Origin: Octopus sinensis
Lineage: Eukaryota
Assembly: GCF_006345805.1 (NCBI RefSeq)
Contig: NC_043000.1
Span: 98,642,001-98,706,000 of the forward strand
Direction of reading: 5' to 3'
DNA length: 64,000 nucleotides
The notes below the pieces were generated by a model. That model was given only the letters and a program-made list of their open reading frames with translations. It was not told the origin of the DNA and ran no database searches. The translations under genes and the position numbers were made by a program. Shown one piece after another: positions 10,872 to 23,862 of this stretch (position 1 is the first letter of the stretch; the number at the start of each line of letters is the position of its first letter).

Positions 10872-12581
10872 CGAACAAGGATAATTATCGGTCCGGGAGG
10901 TCTTACACTAACCCAAGACCCGTTATTTCTCCGAGAATCACCCACCCGAACGCGAGAGCTGGCGTCCCGACCCATCACACTGATAGGAATAAGCATATAT
11001 GGTTTGTAATCCCCTTTGGTAAGCAGATTAGAACTAACCTCCCCCTCATGTTTAGACAAGCCATCGCCAATAACTTCCCCAGAAATTCCAAATATTACTC
11101 CACGGTTAACTCGCATAAAGTTAGGATAGCTTTCTCCAACACTAAAAACCTCGCCCAGATAATCGCCTCCCATAATAATAGGCTACTTACTAAGACCTAT
11201 CACATTTTTCCGGAGGCACAGCCTCTTCCGCTCCCGGTTTAATGCTCAGTAGGAATAATTATAGTAGTAATAATGATATATGAGAGCCAGTACAGTGACA
11301 CATAATCTCAGCTCCAGCCAGGGAGTACCCACTAGGGTATAGTTATAAATAGGGGTGTTGTGGTTGACGGCAACAATGGAGTAGGGTAGGAGCCCCAATA
11401 GCATCCCCAGCATCATTTCCCGCAATAGCAGAACACGGGCAGTAGCAATGACAGCACTCTGATAGATAGTGGAGAATCAGGGGTATTCCTATAGTTAATA
11501 GTGACGTAGTGGAAAATAGAGTAGTAAGCGGCTGCAGGTCTCGGAACGAATATAGTGACAGGAACGTCAGTTCTAATTTCAGAAACTAATCCTAGCAGAA
11601 TAGATTCACGTCGGCGAACTCCAAGATCAAAAACGCCGTCTACCAATGCAAGGTTTACACGGACTCAGATGTCTTCACTTATGTAGGGGCCTCATCCTCA
11701 AGATTGTCTTTGCGTATCTCCAACCATTACGCAACTTTTCGGACATGAACAAGCGCCAGACCACGGACTCAGTAAGCTAATATGGCGACTGAAGGATACG
11801 AACTTAAGCTACAGGCTGGAATGGTCAATTTTGTCGGTGGCCCTCCCATTTGATAGGGGCAGAAGGCAGTGCACCTTTGTGTCTCCGAACTCTCCATATT
11901 TTGTTTGCCAGAGGCCGGATGGTAAACGGGCTTTTACAGTCGGCTTTTCGATGCCCCCATTGGCGGCGTTACACTTATCTGGCTTTTAAATAGCGTTTAT
12001 AAATAATACCGCACCCCATAGCCCTTGGTAACAAATTCTGAAATAGCCTTTAAGATATCTACGATTAACCACTGCAAGGGGAATTACTCCTGTAAGACAA
12101 ACGGGCTTGGTTTTCACAGCGGGGGGTTTCCTTGACAAGGCAGGCTTAGATGAACACACACACACATAAAACATAATTATATATTATTTTTTTCTGCCAC
12201 CCAACGGTTCTCGCGGCAGTAGCCACTGACAGCCGAACGATCATCAAACGCACACACGTACACAAAAAATGTTTTCTACCCCTACGCCAACACACACATA
12301 TATAGAACAGTATACACACACCACACGTCTCTAAGTAGATTTTTCTCGCCCTTATAAAACATCCAATATTCCTTAAAAAGTCAGAACTTATTCTCGGTCA
12401 CAAAGAACACCCACACACCCTCACCCACATGAATTGACCGATGCCTGACCCGTTAAATTCTTCAGCCACCGGTTCTCAACATACACTGATAAACAGTTTC
12501 GCCATGGGCTCTTAGGAGCATAGTTCGATTTGTTTTTTGCTCCGCCTCTGTTCTGTTTTTGTTTTTCCAACGGATTTCCTA

Positions 12582-12671
12582 TTTTCTTCCTGAAGAGAAA
12601 GACACAATATGGTCCCATTATTCAATCGGATTTTGGTAATTTGTGCCTTTCGAAACACGTGTAGAATGAAA
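12582..12671 (+). ncRNA. Type I hammerhead ribozyme (right-arm copy), apparently intact
   Basis: Stem I tttc-ttc / gaa(t)gaaa; core CTGAAGA 12590-12596; stem II gaaagacacaa / ttgtgcctttc (10 of 11 pairs); GAAA 12652-12655; palindromic stem III acacgtgt; GUA triplet with predicted cleavage after 12663. Confidence 0.8.
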
Positions 12672-12877
12672 TAAAACGATTTCTGTTCAATCTGCGTTCA
12701 GCTCCATTTCTTCATTCACCAATAATGTTTTAATTTCAATTATCCGCACCAACGCACGGTTGCAACACCATATGGTTGTACCTCCAACCGTGCTGTTTAC
12801 TGCTGTGACTTTTGCTACTAAGTATCGGTTAAACTTTTGATTAATCTACTACAAGATTATTCATCTTTCTATTTCAC

Positions 12878-12916
<39 letters not shown>

Positions 12917-13163
12917 TATGCGAAATTTATATTAGTTAAAATATGTTTGCGGCATATTTCAACTTCTAATGGCAAAGTCACTGCAGTTACGATGGAGAGA
13001 AAATTCTTTTCTACTGAAAAATAAGGAGCAAAAACACCATATATCATAAACATATTTTAACTCAGTTCACCCATGTCTAAATACTGCTTCGCGCTGATAC
13101 TGCTGAATTTCTTCCGACCTGGCGGGCTAATGGCGCAACTCAGGCTATGTTGCTGGCTGTGTA

Positions 13164-13366
13164 AGGTGGCTAGCTGGCAGAAATGTTAGCAAGCCGGGCG
13201 CAATTCTTAGTGGTATTTCGTCTGTCTTTATGTTCTGAGTTCAAATTCTGTCGAAGTCGACTTTGCTTTCATCCTTTCGGGGTTGATAAATTAAGTACCA
13301 GTTGCATACTGAGGTCGATCTAGTCCCCCCAAAATTTGCGGCCTTGTGCCTAGAGTAGAAAAGAAT
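13164..13366 (+). mobile_element. SINE family A head and core with alternative tail (type 2)
   Basis: Same head and core as 1568-1803 but ends ggccttgtgcctagagtagaaaagaat; this tail also occurs at 32222-32290 (-) and ~43071-43100 (-). Confidence 0.8.
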
Positions 13367-13544
13367 GTTGTTGATTGTGTTTTAGTTAAGCCTGCGGCTT
13401 TAAGTCCTCCAGAGTTAGCTCTTTTCTGTATTTCCCATTCATAATGGCTGAAGAGATAGAAACGTGTCTGGACAGATATCGTGGTTTTACACCTTTTTAC
13501 AAAGTTCGCTACTTGGAGCTGATACTGCTGAATGTACACACACA

Positions 13545-13590
<46 letters not shown>

Positions 13591-13787
13591 ACGCACACAC
13601 ACTCACACACAAACACATTGTATCTTATAATTCTATTTTACATTCGAACTTGCTTCATGTTACATGTCATGTCAGCGTTCTTCCCACGCGCAAGCCAAAT
13701 GTAGACTTATGCATGAATATATGAATATACACTATAGGAATACAATGATATTAAATCAATGTAAAACATGTTACCTTAAAGATAGCG

Positions 13788-13839
<52 letters not shown>

Positions 13840-14065
13840 TAATATATATATATGTGTGTGTGTATGTATATATATGTATATACATAAATATAATATATAT
13901 ACATAACATATATATATATGTATATATATATGTATATATATATGTATATGTGTGTGTATATATATGCGCACACGCAAGCTCACGCATACATTCATACGCT
14001 CGTGTGTGTTTCTTAAACCAAAGATTTTACTCTTTCTGGCCAAAAGTGAGACCAATTTGATCGAT

Positions 14066-14420
14066 CTAATTAATTTTATGAAGTTTTTTCCGAAGACGCT
14101 TCGCTGGATTATGGGTTACCATTAGTGGTATCCAATCAACGACTCTACTCAGAAGCCGGTACTTATATGAATTAGGAGCGCCATGCTGCTCGATTTTCTG
14201 AGTTAGATTCTGTTTATCGCGTACTCTTCTTTGAGAATCCAGCTGGTCCGACGGCTTGTGTTGATCGACCACATACCACTTGATTACGGCAGATGAGGTG
14301 GTATGTCGAGATGGGGAATCCCTTGGACACTGCTTAACGGATCACTTGGGAGTTTCTGGGAATATACCGAAAAGTTGTAAATGCAGCAATGCGCTGCAAC
14401 AACGCATGCACACATACCTA
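14066..14420 (-). mobile_element. Possible decayed PLE RT-thumb fragment
   Basis: IPLMVTHNPAKRLRKKLHK resembles the PLE P-L-V-x-T-Y/H-x-P motif; upstream SKGFP resembles RGYP. Heavily frameshifted. Confidence 0.3.
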
Positions 14421-15583
14421 ACTAGATCTGACCGGCTACATCATTCATAGAAATGTCAACGGAGAGTTGCTGCAAATAGCCGCCGTGTTTATGCTTGGGA
14501 AAACATAAGATCAGTACTTAATTTTTTGGATTTTCTGTATGTATGTATGTAAGTATGTATATGTATACATGTTTGTTTGCGTCCTCTATAATAGCTGAGT
14601 TTAATAATTGACTGATGTGTTCTATTCCTGTCTGTTTCATCCATGTACAAATTTAAATATCTTGTGTTATTTGTCATAATCAATTATATGTAATGTAGTT
14701 CGAAGCAGAGTGGTACTGAAACAATTGTAATCAATATTAAACTTCTGCTGTATTGATATCCTTGTCTTCTTCCATGTCATATATATATATTTGTTGAATA
14801 ATATTAAGGCCGCAATTTACTCACACGCAGAGCTTGACACTAATTCAGTTCTAAACGAAATTGAAAATTGTTAACATTTTTGAAGAGGACTGGTCTCTAG
14901 CTACATTTTGGCATTAAAGAATTGAGATTTAATTAAGTAGAAAAAAGTTTACATCAACATTTGTAGCAACGTTATAGGAAAGTAATGCCACCAATCAAGT
15001 TTAGATCTAAATAACTTTTTTTTAATTTTAAAAGCAAAATATAATTATTTTAGCTTCAATGATAGAAGAAGGCATGTAGAATTTCATAGTTTTGTTCCCA
15101 TGCAACAAAAATTTGTATAAAAAAAGTTGTGAGGTAAAATATCATGAAAAAATATATGGCAAAAACTTGGATCTATGTATAATTAACTTTTTTTATTTTA
15201 ACAGCAAAGTATATTTTAATTAAGCTGAAATGATAGAGCTCAACTCGAGGAATTTCGTGGTATCAATCTCATGCAATGAAGCTTTAAAAGCAAAAGGTTA
15301 TGTGTGTTTAGTTCTCAAATTTAAGGAGGAAAGTGTAGTTCTATACTTTTTTCTATATGGCGACTTTAATACATGTCACCGGCGTCATTGAGGGAAGAAA
15401 AACATTATCAACATTACCACTAATTGACACATTATTAATTAGCATAATAGCATAGCCTGGAAAAACATGGATTACGTGGAAATATGTGAGCAAGAGAAAT
15501 AATATTCTTAATATTATAAACCAGGAAAATTACAGGACATGTTATTACACTTGGAAAAGTTTAGGACAACTTATTACATCTGG

Positions 15584-15624
<41 letters not shown>

Positions 15625-15949
15625 CTTATGTATATCATTTATCTTTCAATCTGTTTCTCTATATGCTTATATGCATGTACTTGTAATATGCGAATAAGCT
15701 TTTATATAAATGTGTGTATATACATAATTGACCATGTTTGCTTGGAGAAGATACGTTGATATATACTATATTTTTTTAGATATTATAATCACCGTATTTC
15801 AATGTCAAAACAGATATCAACAGAGGCAGAATAGAGTTCTGTCAACTTGTTTGTGTGTAATATTTAGACTGACGTCGTATTATCGGTAGGATTCTTTAAT
15901 ATATTCTGATTCGGTAATTATAATCAGATTTGCTGTCAGCATGTCTGAG

Positions 15950-16190
15950 GTAGGAAGTTTAGTAATATTTTTCTGGTAAATGACATCGACATACAGTTTA
16001 GAATTGAGTCTTGCAAAAATGCCTGAATGGAAAGGAAAGTAGAATGGGAATGTCAGTATGGACTGTTGAATGGCGATATATTTGAAATGAGCGAGATGTT
16101 AGAAATGACGGGATGAATTAGTTTGTCTTCTGGCTAGATATGTAGATGAATGTAATTCCAGTCGGAACGACAAGAAAAAAGTGTGTGAAT
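15950..16190 (-). mobile_element. Possible decayed PLE RT N-terminal fragment
   Basis: Minus-strand PEDKLIHPVISNISLISNISPFNSPY resembles the PLE K-P-x-x-P-x-R-P-I-I-S motif. Confidence 0.25.
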
Positions 16191-17129
16191 AGAAATAATC
16201 GATGCGATTGGTTGTTGTCATTGTTATTGTCACTTGAACTGCTTGTCATAATTTTCTTTTTCTATCCCAATAGTTTTCTTACCTCTGATTAATGCTGTTG
16301 TTTGGCCCCGGGTCAGCACTGACCAACTAGAAATTCTATCAAGAGTAAATATGCGCACTGACTAAGCAGTTCTATGATCAAAAATATGCTAACCTTGACC
16401 ATTCTATCTCTAGCAATCTAGAGGAATATTATATTATAAGATCATATAATGTTCCCTTTCATCTATTGAAAATCGTGCCGTAAACTTTTATAAATATTTC
16501 GTCGCTTTTTCTTGCAGCTCGAGTAATTGCGTAGAAGCCCCTTGCCGACTCGTCATGAGATTCGTTTGTGGGAATAACGGAATGAAAACGCTGCTTATAC
16601 GAATAGGCTTTTGCTAATATTGGTTATGAATGTAATTGCTTCTTGGCACTTTTAGGATCTTTAAAGCCAAATGTCTAGCACCTCGAGTAATTCTAGTGAG
16701 TCAGAAAAATCATTAAATAATCTCTTACTTTGATACGACATGAGTTTATTGAAGTTACCATGATACTTTCATTGAAGCTGAATTATTGAGGCTAATATTA
16801 TCGTATCATTAATCCCCTATAATCAGTATCTAGATGAACAAAGGTAATGTCAATTTATGTATTTTACCTAGATACACAACAAAACACACGAGGAAACCGG
16901 TAGGTGTTCGCCCGATCTTCTATGGAAAAAGGAAGTAAAACTATCTTAAAAGGGAAAAATGACATATTGAATAATGTAGTCTAGCATAACTCCTCATAAG
17001 TCGGAAAGATAACAGCTGGAATGTCTTCGATCATAGATTTTTTCCATCAGATTTGACTTGGTGATGCTAAACAGCAACAACGATGATAACTACTACGATG
17101 ACGACGACGAAATTTCAGCAGCTCGAGCT

Positions 17130-17570
17130 CCTGATCTGTATGCATTTTGTCAAATACAGGACCTCTAACAATAGTCCTCATCGACTCTGTACTTACCTAT
17201 TGGCTCAGGAATTTGCCCAATACCTCTTCGTTGGGTTTTGCACAGCCCTATTACCCTAAGAAATTCTTCAATATTTCTTCTTTGCTTTTATACTGCACTG
17301 CTGGCCCAAGGCTGCGCCTTCAATATGCAACTGTTGGCATCAAGGGTTCTCAACGCCCGCCCTTTCGTTGCCTCTATGTCACTCCGTTGACTCACAGCCT
17401 TCTTTAATATCTTACATGATCTACATAGTCTTATTGCCTCAGAATTTCTTTCCATACGCCTTTGAGAACTCTGTAATGCACCTCTTTGGTTTCGGGGTTC
17501 TATATTCCCACTGCCATCTCTTTGCCATATCAGCCAAAACGACAGATAACACTTCACAGGTTTGACTAAT
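17130..17570 (-). mobile_element. Decayed RTE-like LINE fragment (post-RT region)
   Basis: Frameshifted peptides such as KAY..ILRQ*DYVDHV...EPLMPTVA resemble the RTE C-terminal region. Confidence 0.45.
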
Positions 17571-20534
17571 CATATTTTTGTGTGTAAAGAGAATGAGTAT
17601 ATTTGTTGATTGTGATAAGAAACCACTCCATGTATAAGTTTTGAATCTGGTTTTAAAACCATAACAATTACAGTATGAGGCGATTAACCCAACCTCAGAC
17701 TGTAATAAGTTAAAGGAAGCAGTTCGCTTTAGCAGGATTTGATCTTAGCTCGTAACGAAACATAATGGTTACAAAGCATATCTACTGGTTCTGCACATCC
17801 ACAACATCTTTTACAGTTTTCTCGGAGATTGAAGTGAAGTGTCCAAGGTTTTGAAGACTCTGGTAACGTAATTTGATGAAGAAATCGCGATTCACTGGTT
17901 ATCATTAATCCGATGACTTTTTCTGAATGCCTGCAACAAAGGGAGCTCCACTAAACGTATCCAAAGGACAGGTGGTGGTGTTAAACTGAGAGACTGATTA
18001 AGTCATGCGAGGAATACATAATACTTATTTCCCCAACTATTTGAAAAATTAAAGTAACAGAATAAAACAGACAGGGAACGAACTCACATAGTAACTGGAA
18101 GAATAAAAAATAGTAGTTGTATGTTGGACAGGTCATTTTTCGAAAAAGAAACATGCACTCGTTAAGTGACTCTACCAAGTTACAGTAATGTCTATTTCAA
18201 CACATGTTTTAACACGAAGAATCCTTGCAAATCAAACACAAAAACGAAATAAAAATAGTATATTCCATAGAAAGCCGACGTTTACTAACTTACTCATATA
18301 TACCTATCTTATATTGAGAAAATATTGACATTTTTCAGACGATTAACAACATTGGAGATTTAATATTTTATACATTTAAATAGTGACATTTACATTACAT
18401 TCACATCAGCTTCGTATCCGATAGTCGCCGGGGTCTTATTCCAGACTGAATTTGAGCCAGAAACTGCTATCTCAAACCTAGTGCTAATAATGTTCATAAC
18501 CGCTCGGTCATTGCAATGTTTGACAAAATACAAAGCAACATTTTGTAGAAGAGTTTAATCAACTAAACAGACACCACTATATCACCGGCACGTATTTTAT
18601 CGACTATTTTATCTTATTTCCTCGAAATAAAATGAAGAATGAATATCATTCCTGTTTGAAATGAAAGATTAAGATTGAAAAAGTAGTTATTATTTATTCA
18701 TTCTGTTGCCTGCTGTTCGTTTTTGTTAACCTAATCTAATATTCAATTCAGCGCGTCATTAGTCATTCAAAGCAATGTATTCTAGAATAACTAAACTGTA
18801 ATGAAGATCCAACGACATTGTTAATGACAAGCAGGAAAACGAAAATGGTTAACAAACAAAAGTTATGAACAAAAAAGGAAAATAGCTAACAGATGCAAGA
18901 AGAGCAGACAAAAAATAATTGAGATTAGATTAAATAAAGGATAAAGAGAAAACAACATTAAATTCGATAATGTAAAACTAGTAAACTGTAATATGATTAT
19001 TTTTGCTGATATCTTGATAACATTTGGTAATTTTTGTTTTATAAAACTAATATCGATATCAAAATCTCAAGAACTTTATATTATGTTGAAAATATTTGCT
19101 CTAAATTGCTCTCGAAATTTATGGAGTAAATAGATATTTATCATAATATGGAATTAGATGGTTAAGAATGGTCAAATTTCTACGAAGTATGTGGAGGAAA
19201 CGATCACGTGCACACGCTCACACACACACACACATACATACGTATGTGCATGTGTATGTGCCCATGTGTATTGATTGTCCATGGTATTCTATGACATCCG
19301 TCTTTAATTGTGGATCCCTAGAAGACTGTGTACATTAAAGAACAACCGGTAACCACAGAATCAGGATTGCTGCTGTGGTTTCTCTACAGATCGAGAATGC
19401 TATGGAAAAATCAGTATTTCTTCATTGTAGACGAGCACGGTACCCCAACCATTGTAACGACCACACCTACAACCACTTCTGAGATCCAAGATCTATGATC
19501 TACATTGCGGAGAAACATACCTGCGGAATGAAGCTTTGTAGTGGCGTTGGAGCAGTGTATTTCTAATTGTCCCTGTCTTCGTCGCAGGGGAATAAGTCCG
19601 GTAGTAATGGCAAATGAATATGACTGGTAGCTCCTTACAGCTATAAAAGACTGCCAGAATTTGACTCAGCCGGAAAACGCCATAAAATTGTTCGCAACAA
19701 TATTTTTCTCTCTAATGCACGTGTGGCATTTCTCACTCTTTACTCCACGACAAGCCAGCATGGCAGAACAAATGAGTTGCTCACGTTTCGAAAACAAATG
19801 TTCTGATAAAACTAACGGTCCCTCACACCGAGAGTGAACTTACAGCATGCTTGATCACCTTCTTTGTTCCTGTAAACTATGATTAGATAACCGTCGATAC
19901 TATGGTGTCGTTTTGACAGACTTTTTGTCAAGTGGACTTTCTAGCAAACCTCCTTACCTGTCTAACCTGATGAAAGCGTCGGTTTCGTTCTGAATATCTG
20001 AACATATAACAGGTTTTACTGGATCATAAGTTTCCAATAACACTCACAAGGACATGAATCTTTTAGTGCAAAACGTCATTTTTTGGACTCAGTGTTTCTT
20101 ATAAAATATTGGCTCCATTCATTGGACAGTCACCACACTGGGATACAGCCTTGAACAGATTAGTAGAACATATCGATCATGATACTTAATTTTATCGCAT
20201 ACTTTTTGCCAAACCGCTATACTACAAGAACCTTAACAAATCAAGCCGGTTGTCAAGCGGGGTAAAAGCACAAAGATACAAACGTTTTACGCTTTTAAAT
20301 TCAAATACACATAAGTAGAGAGAGAGAGAGAAAGAGAGAGATAAAGAGAGAGAAAGAGAAAGAGAGAGGTAAAAAGAGAGACAAAAACAGAGATACAAAG
20401 AAAGAGAGGGACAAAGAGAGAGATACAAAGAGAGAAAAACAAAGAGAGAGAGAAAGGGAGACAAAGAGTGAGAAGAAGAAAAGAGTAGGGAGGAGGAAAA
20501 GGAGGTGGAGGAGGAGAGGCGGAGAATAATTATG

Positions 20535-20565
<31 letters not shown>

Positions 20566-20609
20566 GAAGAAGAAGAAGAAGTCAAAGCTGTTGAATGTTC
20601 CATGTAACG

Positions 20610-21170
20610 GTTCGAGATTGCTTAGTCATCTGTAGACTTACTTTTATGTTCAACTTTGATTGATTGTGTTATTGTCTTGTCAGGTCTATAAATTGTATAA
20701 ATAGCAGTGTTGAAGTCACGTACATGATCTCGGTCAGAGTAACTTTGCATTTTATTGGCTTTTCCTTACTTTAGCCGTTTTGAGTTATACGGTTCTTATC
20801 TATACGTCAGCCTTAAGACATCAAGACGGATGCTTAACTTGGATTTGATCGACGATCGTTTTCCCATGCAAGCTTTTTTATGAGAGGTGCTTAGAAGTTT
20901 CAAGGTTGTTTCCATGGAACACCTAATGTTTGCAGCTTGAGAATCCCATATTTGAATCAACTGCAGAAAGTAGATGAACCTTTCCTGTGTCGAATAATTA
21001 CAAGTGAGGAAAAGTGGGTTCTCTATAATCATATCCCATGCAAGTGGCAATGAATAAAGAAGAAACCATTCCCAAATCAGGACTACACCCCTTAAAAGTT
21101 ATGTTTTGTTTATCGTGAGTTATGAAAGGTGCCGTCTATTATGAAACACAGAGAGAATATAATATCCTTT
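20610..21170 (+). mobile_element. Mariner (DD34D-type) 5' half, pseudogenised
   Basis: EPFLCRIITSEEKWVLYNH...PKSGLHPLKVMFCL...KGAVYYE, corresponding to mariner TGDEKW and LHPKKVML motifs. Confidence 0.7.
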
Positions 21171-21278
21171 TGAGCCAGCGGCCTCCTGTCTAACTACCTT
21201 TATCCAACCAGTCGCCATGATTGACAGCTAACTTCAAAAGTTTTTTTTTATTCTCCCTCTATTTTATTTCCTCTCGTT

Positions 21279-21316
21279 CCTTTCAGTTGAGGAGCGTAGG
21301 CTTGAAACGTAAAAGA
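21279..21316 (+). ncRNA. Degenerate minimal hammerhead-like motif
   Basis: cttt cagttga ggagcgtaggctt GAAAC GT A aaag: 4-bp stem I and minimal palindromic stem III acgt, but the core is altered. Confidence 0.3.
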
Positions 21317-22050
21317 CTTTCTCACCTTCTCGAGCGTCAAACTAATACACCTGTTTGTTATTTATATACCTGTCTTAGTATTTTGTTTTTCTGTAAATTT
21401 CAACCATATATTGTACGCTCACGTGGTCGCACCAGTTTTATCCTGCTTTAAACTCCTACACTTCGGACTTAGTACTAGCTGATCTTTCTGTATCTCTCCT
21501 TATCTACACACCAGCATTCCACTCGGATTACTGCTGGAAATACATATGGATTTCACTGGACTCATCCGTTGATGAAAAATCGCCCCAATACACGACAGCG
21601 TTTGAGCCTTTTTGCACTTTTTTGAACTTTCCGTTTTTTCTTACTCTGTTCTTACCCTGTTTTCTCTTAATCCGTACATTTTTATTTTGCCCCCCCCCCC
21701 ACCTCTCTCTCTCTCCTTTTCTTTTCCTTTTCGTCTCGTCTTCTTTTCTCTCCGTTTCTTCTTTTCCTCTTTTTTTTCCTTTTTGTTCTCCGCACGCCAT
21801 TTGAATTTTTTGAACAAAAATCCGTGCTGCATCTGCAGATGCAGCACGGATTTTTGTCAGTGAACAGGTCGCGGATTTTAGCGACAAAAATATTTTGACA
21901 AATTAAACTTAAATGTTGAAGTGAATCGAACGGCTTTTGGTGTTTCTTAAATGGCTTACAAACACCTTCCGCGCTGCAATTGTTTTCGTTTCAGCACACG
22001 ATCTCAGATCAAATCACTTGCTATGCGAGTACATCTCCGTAATATGTATA

Positions 22051-22106
<56 letters not shown>

Positions 22107-22189
22107 ATAATATATATATATATATATGTATATTTTATATGCATAAGCATATATAAATATATATATGTATGTATATATATGTATATGTG

Positions 22190-22229
<40 letters not shown>

Positions 22230-23862
22230 AATATATGTATATATATATTTACATATATACAAATACATATGTATATATATATGCGAGTATGTATCTGTCT
22301 ATCCAACATCTATATACTTATATACATATATATAGATATCTGCGTGTCCGTGTGTGATGTGTGTGTGAGTGAGTGAGTGTGTATGTGTGTATGTGCGCGT
22401 GTGTGTATAAACATTTATACCTGTATAAACAAAGTTAGATAGACCGCTCTGAACTGCTATATATATGTAAATACGAATGGGTTAACACTCTCATATTTTG
22501 CCTTAATCAAAATACAAAATTATTCCAGAAAACAGTTTACTAGCAAAATCCTTCCACAACCTGGCAACGCAATCTGAATGTTTTTTTTTCTTTTAAAATA
22601 AGCCTGTAACAAGAAGCTATTGGGAAAAAATCTATAAAACGAAACAAGAAAAATCACAAAAAGACGCAATTAAATGATATGTATGACTACATCCAAAGAT
22701 TATATAGAAATGGAAAAGTAAATCATAACTTTGCTTCGTATTTCGGTATGAATATTATGAAATAATATGCTACAGATAAACAAGCTATAATTATATAGTT
22801 TATGTCTCCTGTGCATCTTGCAAACATTTCAGAAAACATGTTACAAGATGCAATGTTGAAGGAATTACTCGCTTAAAAATATAGTATTTAGTGTGTGTTA
22901 TATATTACGGTAATAATTTAAATTTGTGCGTTGTCTTTATATGCCTACACATGGAACAGATAAATGTGTTGTAAAGGAGTGATAAAAGAATATAAAATTC
23001 AAACATTACATACTCATGAATCAACAAAAAACGTAAAATATCTTATTCCAGATATTGTAATATTACAATAAATACTGCAGTAACAAAAGAATATAGATAC
23101 AAATTTGAATGTAAAATCCTGTAACGTTGGAAACGAAGAACCACATTTTTCAGTCTTGAAGATAGTAGGTTGCCTATAAAGAATAAACAAAATACAATGT
23201 AAATTATAAATAAAATCAGTATAAGTACAGTACGAATCAAATTACTAAATACTTATCGGTCTTGAAGAACAAAGACGAAAATTCACCGTAAAACATCTAT
23301 CAAATACGTATGTGGATAAGTTGAGTCAAGAGTTTTTACGTATGAATAATGCTTTGATCGAAAAAGAAAATATTTCTTTCGTATAATTAGATAAAAAGAA
23401 ATTCTGAATGGTATATGGTATATAAGAACAATACTATAACTATCGTTGATATGATAAGTGCAAGAAGGATCTGAAGGCACCGCATAGGCGACATAGTCAT
23501 CTCTTGTAATCGAAAAAGATATGGTGGTATGTAGCGTACCTTCATTAACTGCAGTTGGTGGTCATTGACCCAGTGAAATATCCAGGACATCACAGCTGGA
23601 AGATGAAAAGGCTTCAAAAGTATTGGAATAGTGCTTTATTTACCGATCCAGAAAAAATGAGAAGGGAAGTTGACATCGATGGTATTTAAACTCAGAGCTC
23701 AGAGAGCCAAAACAAATATAACTCATTCTGAGATTTTAACCACTCTAATCTACAGCATTACATACACACACCACTCATACACTTCACAAACACAGTAAAC
23801 TTTTGTAGTAAATATATATATGCTGGCAGACGGAATTAGCAGACCATCAGCCGTTTGAGCAG

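Larger units (their letters stand above)
10172..12730 (+). mobile_element. Penelope-like element, 5'-truncated, right arm of giant palindrome
   Basis: RT ORF 10233-10871, linker 11048-11242, frameshifted GIY-YIG at ~11630-11995, then a 3' repeat region with (CA)n, hammerhead and aataaa (12670-12675). Confidence 0.9.

Noticed and set aside
16520-16620. Kazal-like peptide SSNCVEAPCRLVMRFVCGNNG after a ttttcttgcag acceptor
   Set aside because: The cysteine pattern is not completed, a stop follows, and there is no convincing donor site.
19960-20020. cctgatga core candidate
   Set aside because: No GAAA and no NUH site at the required positions.
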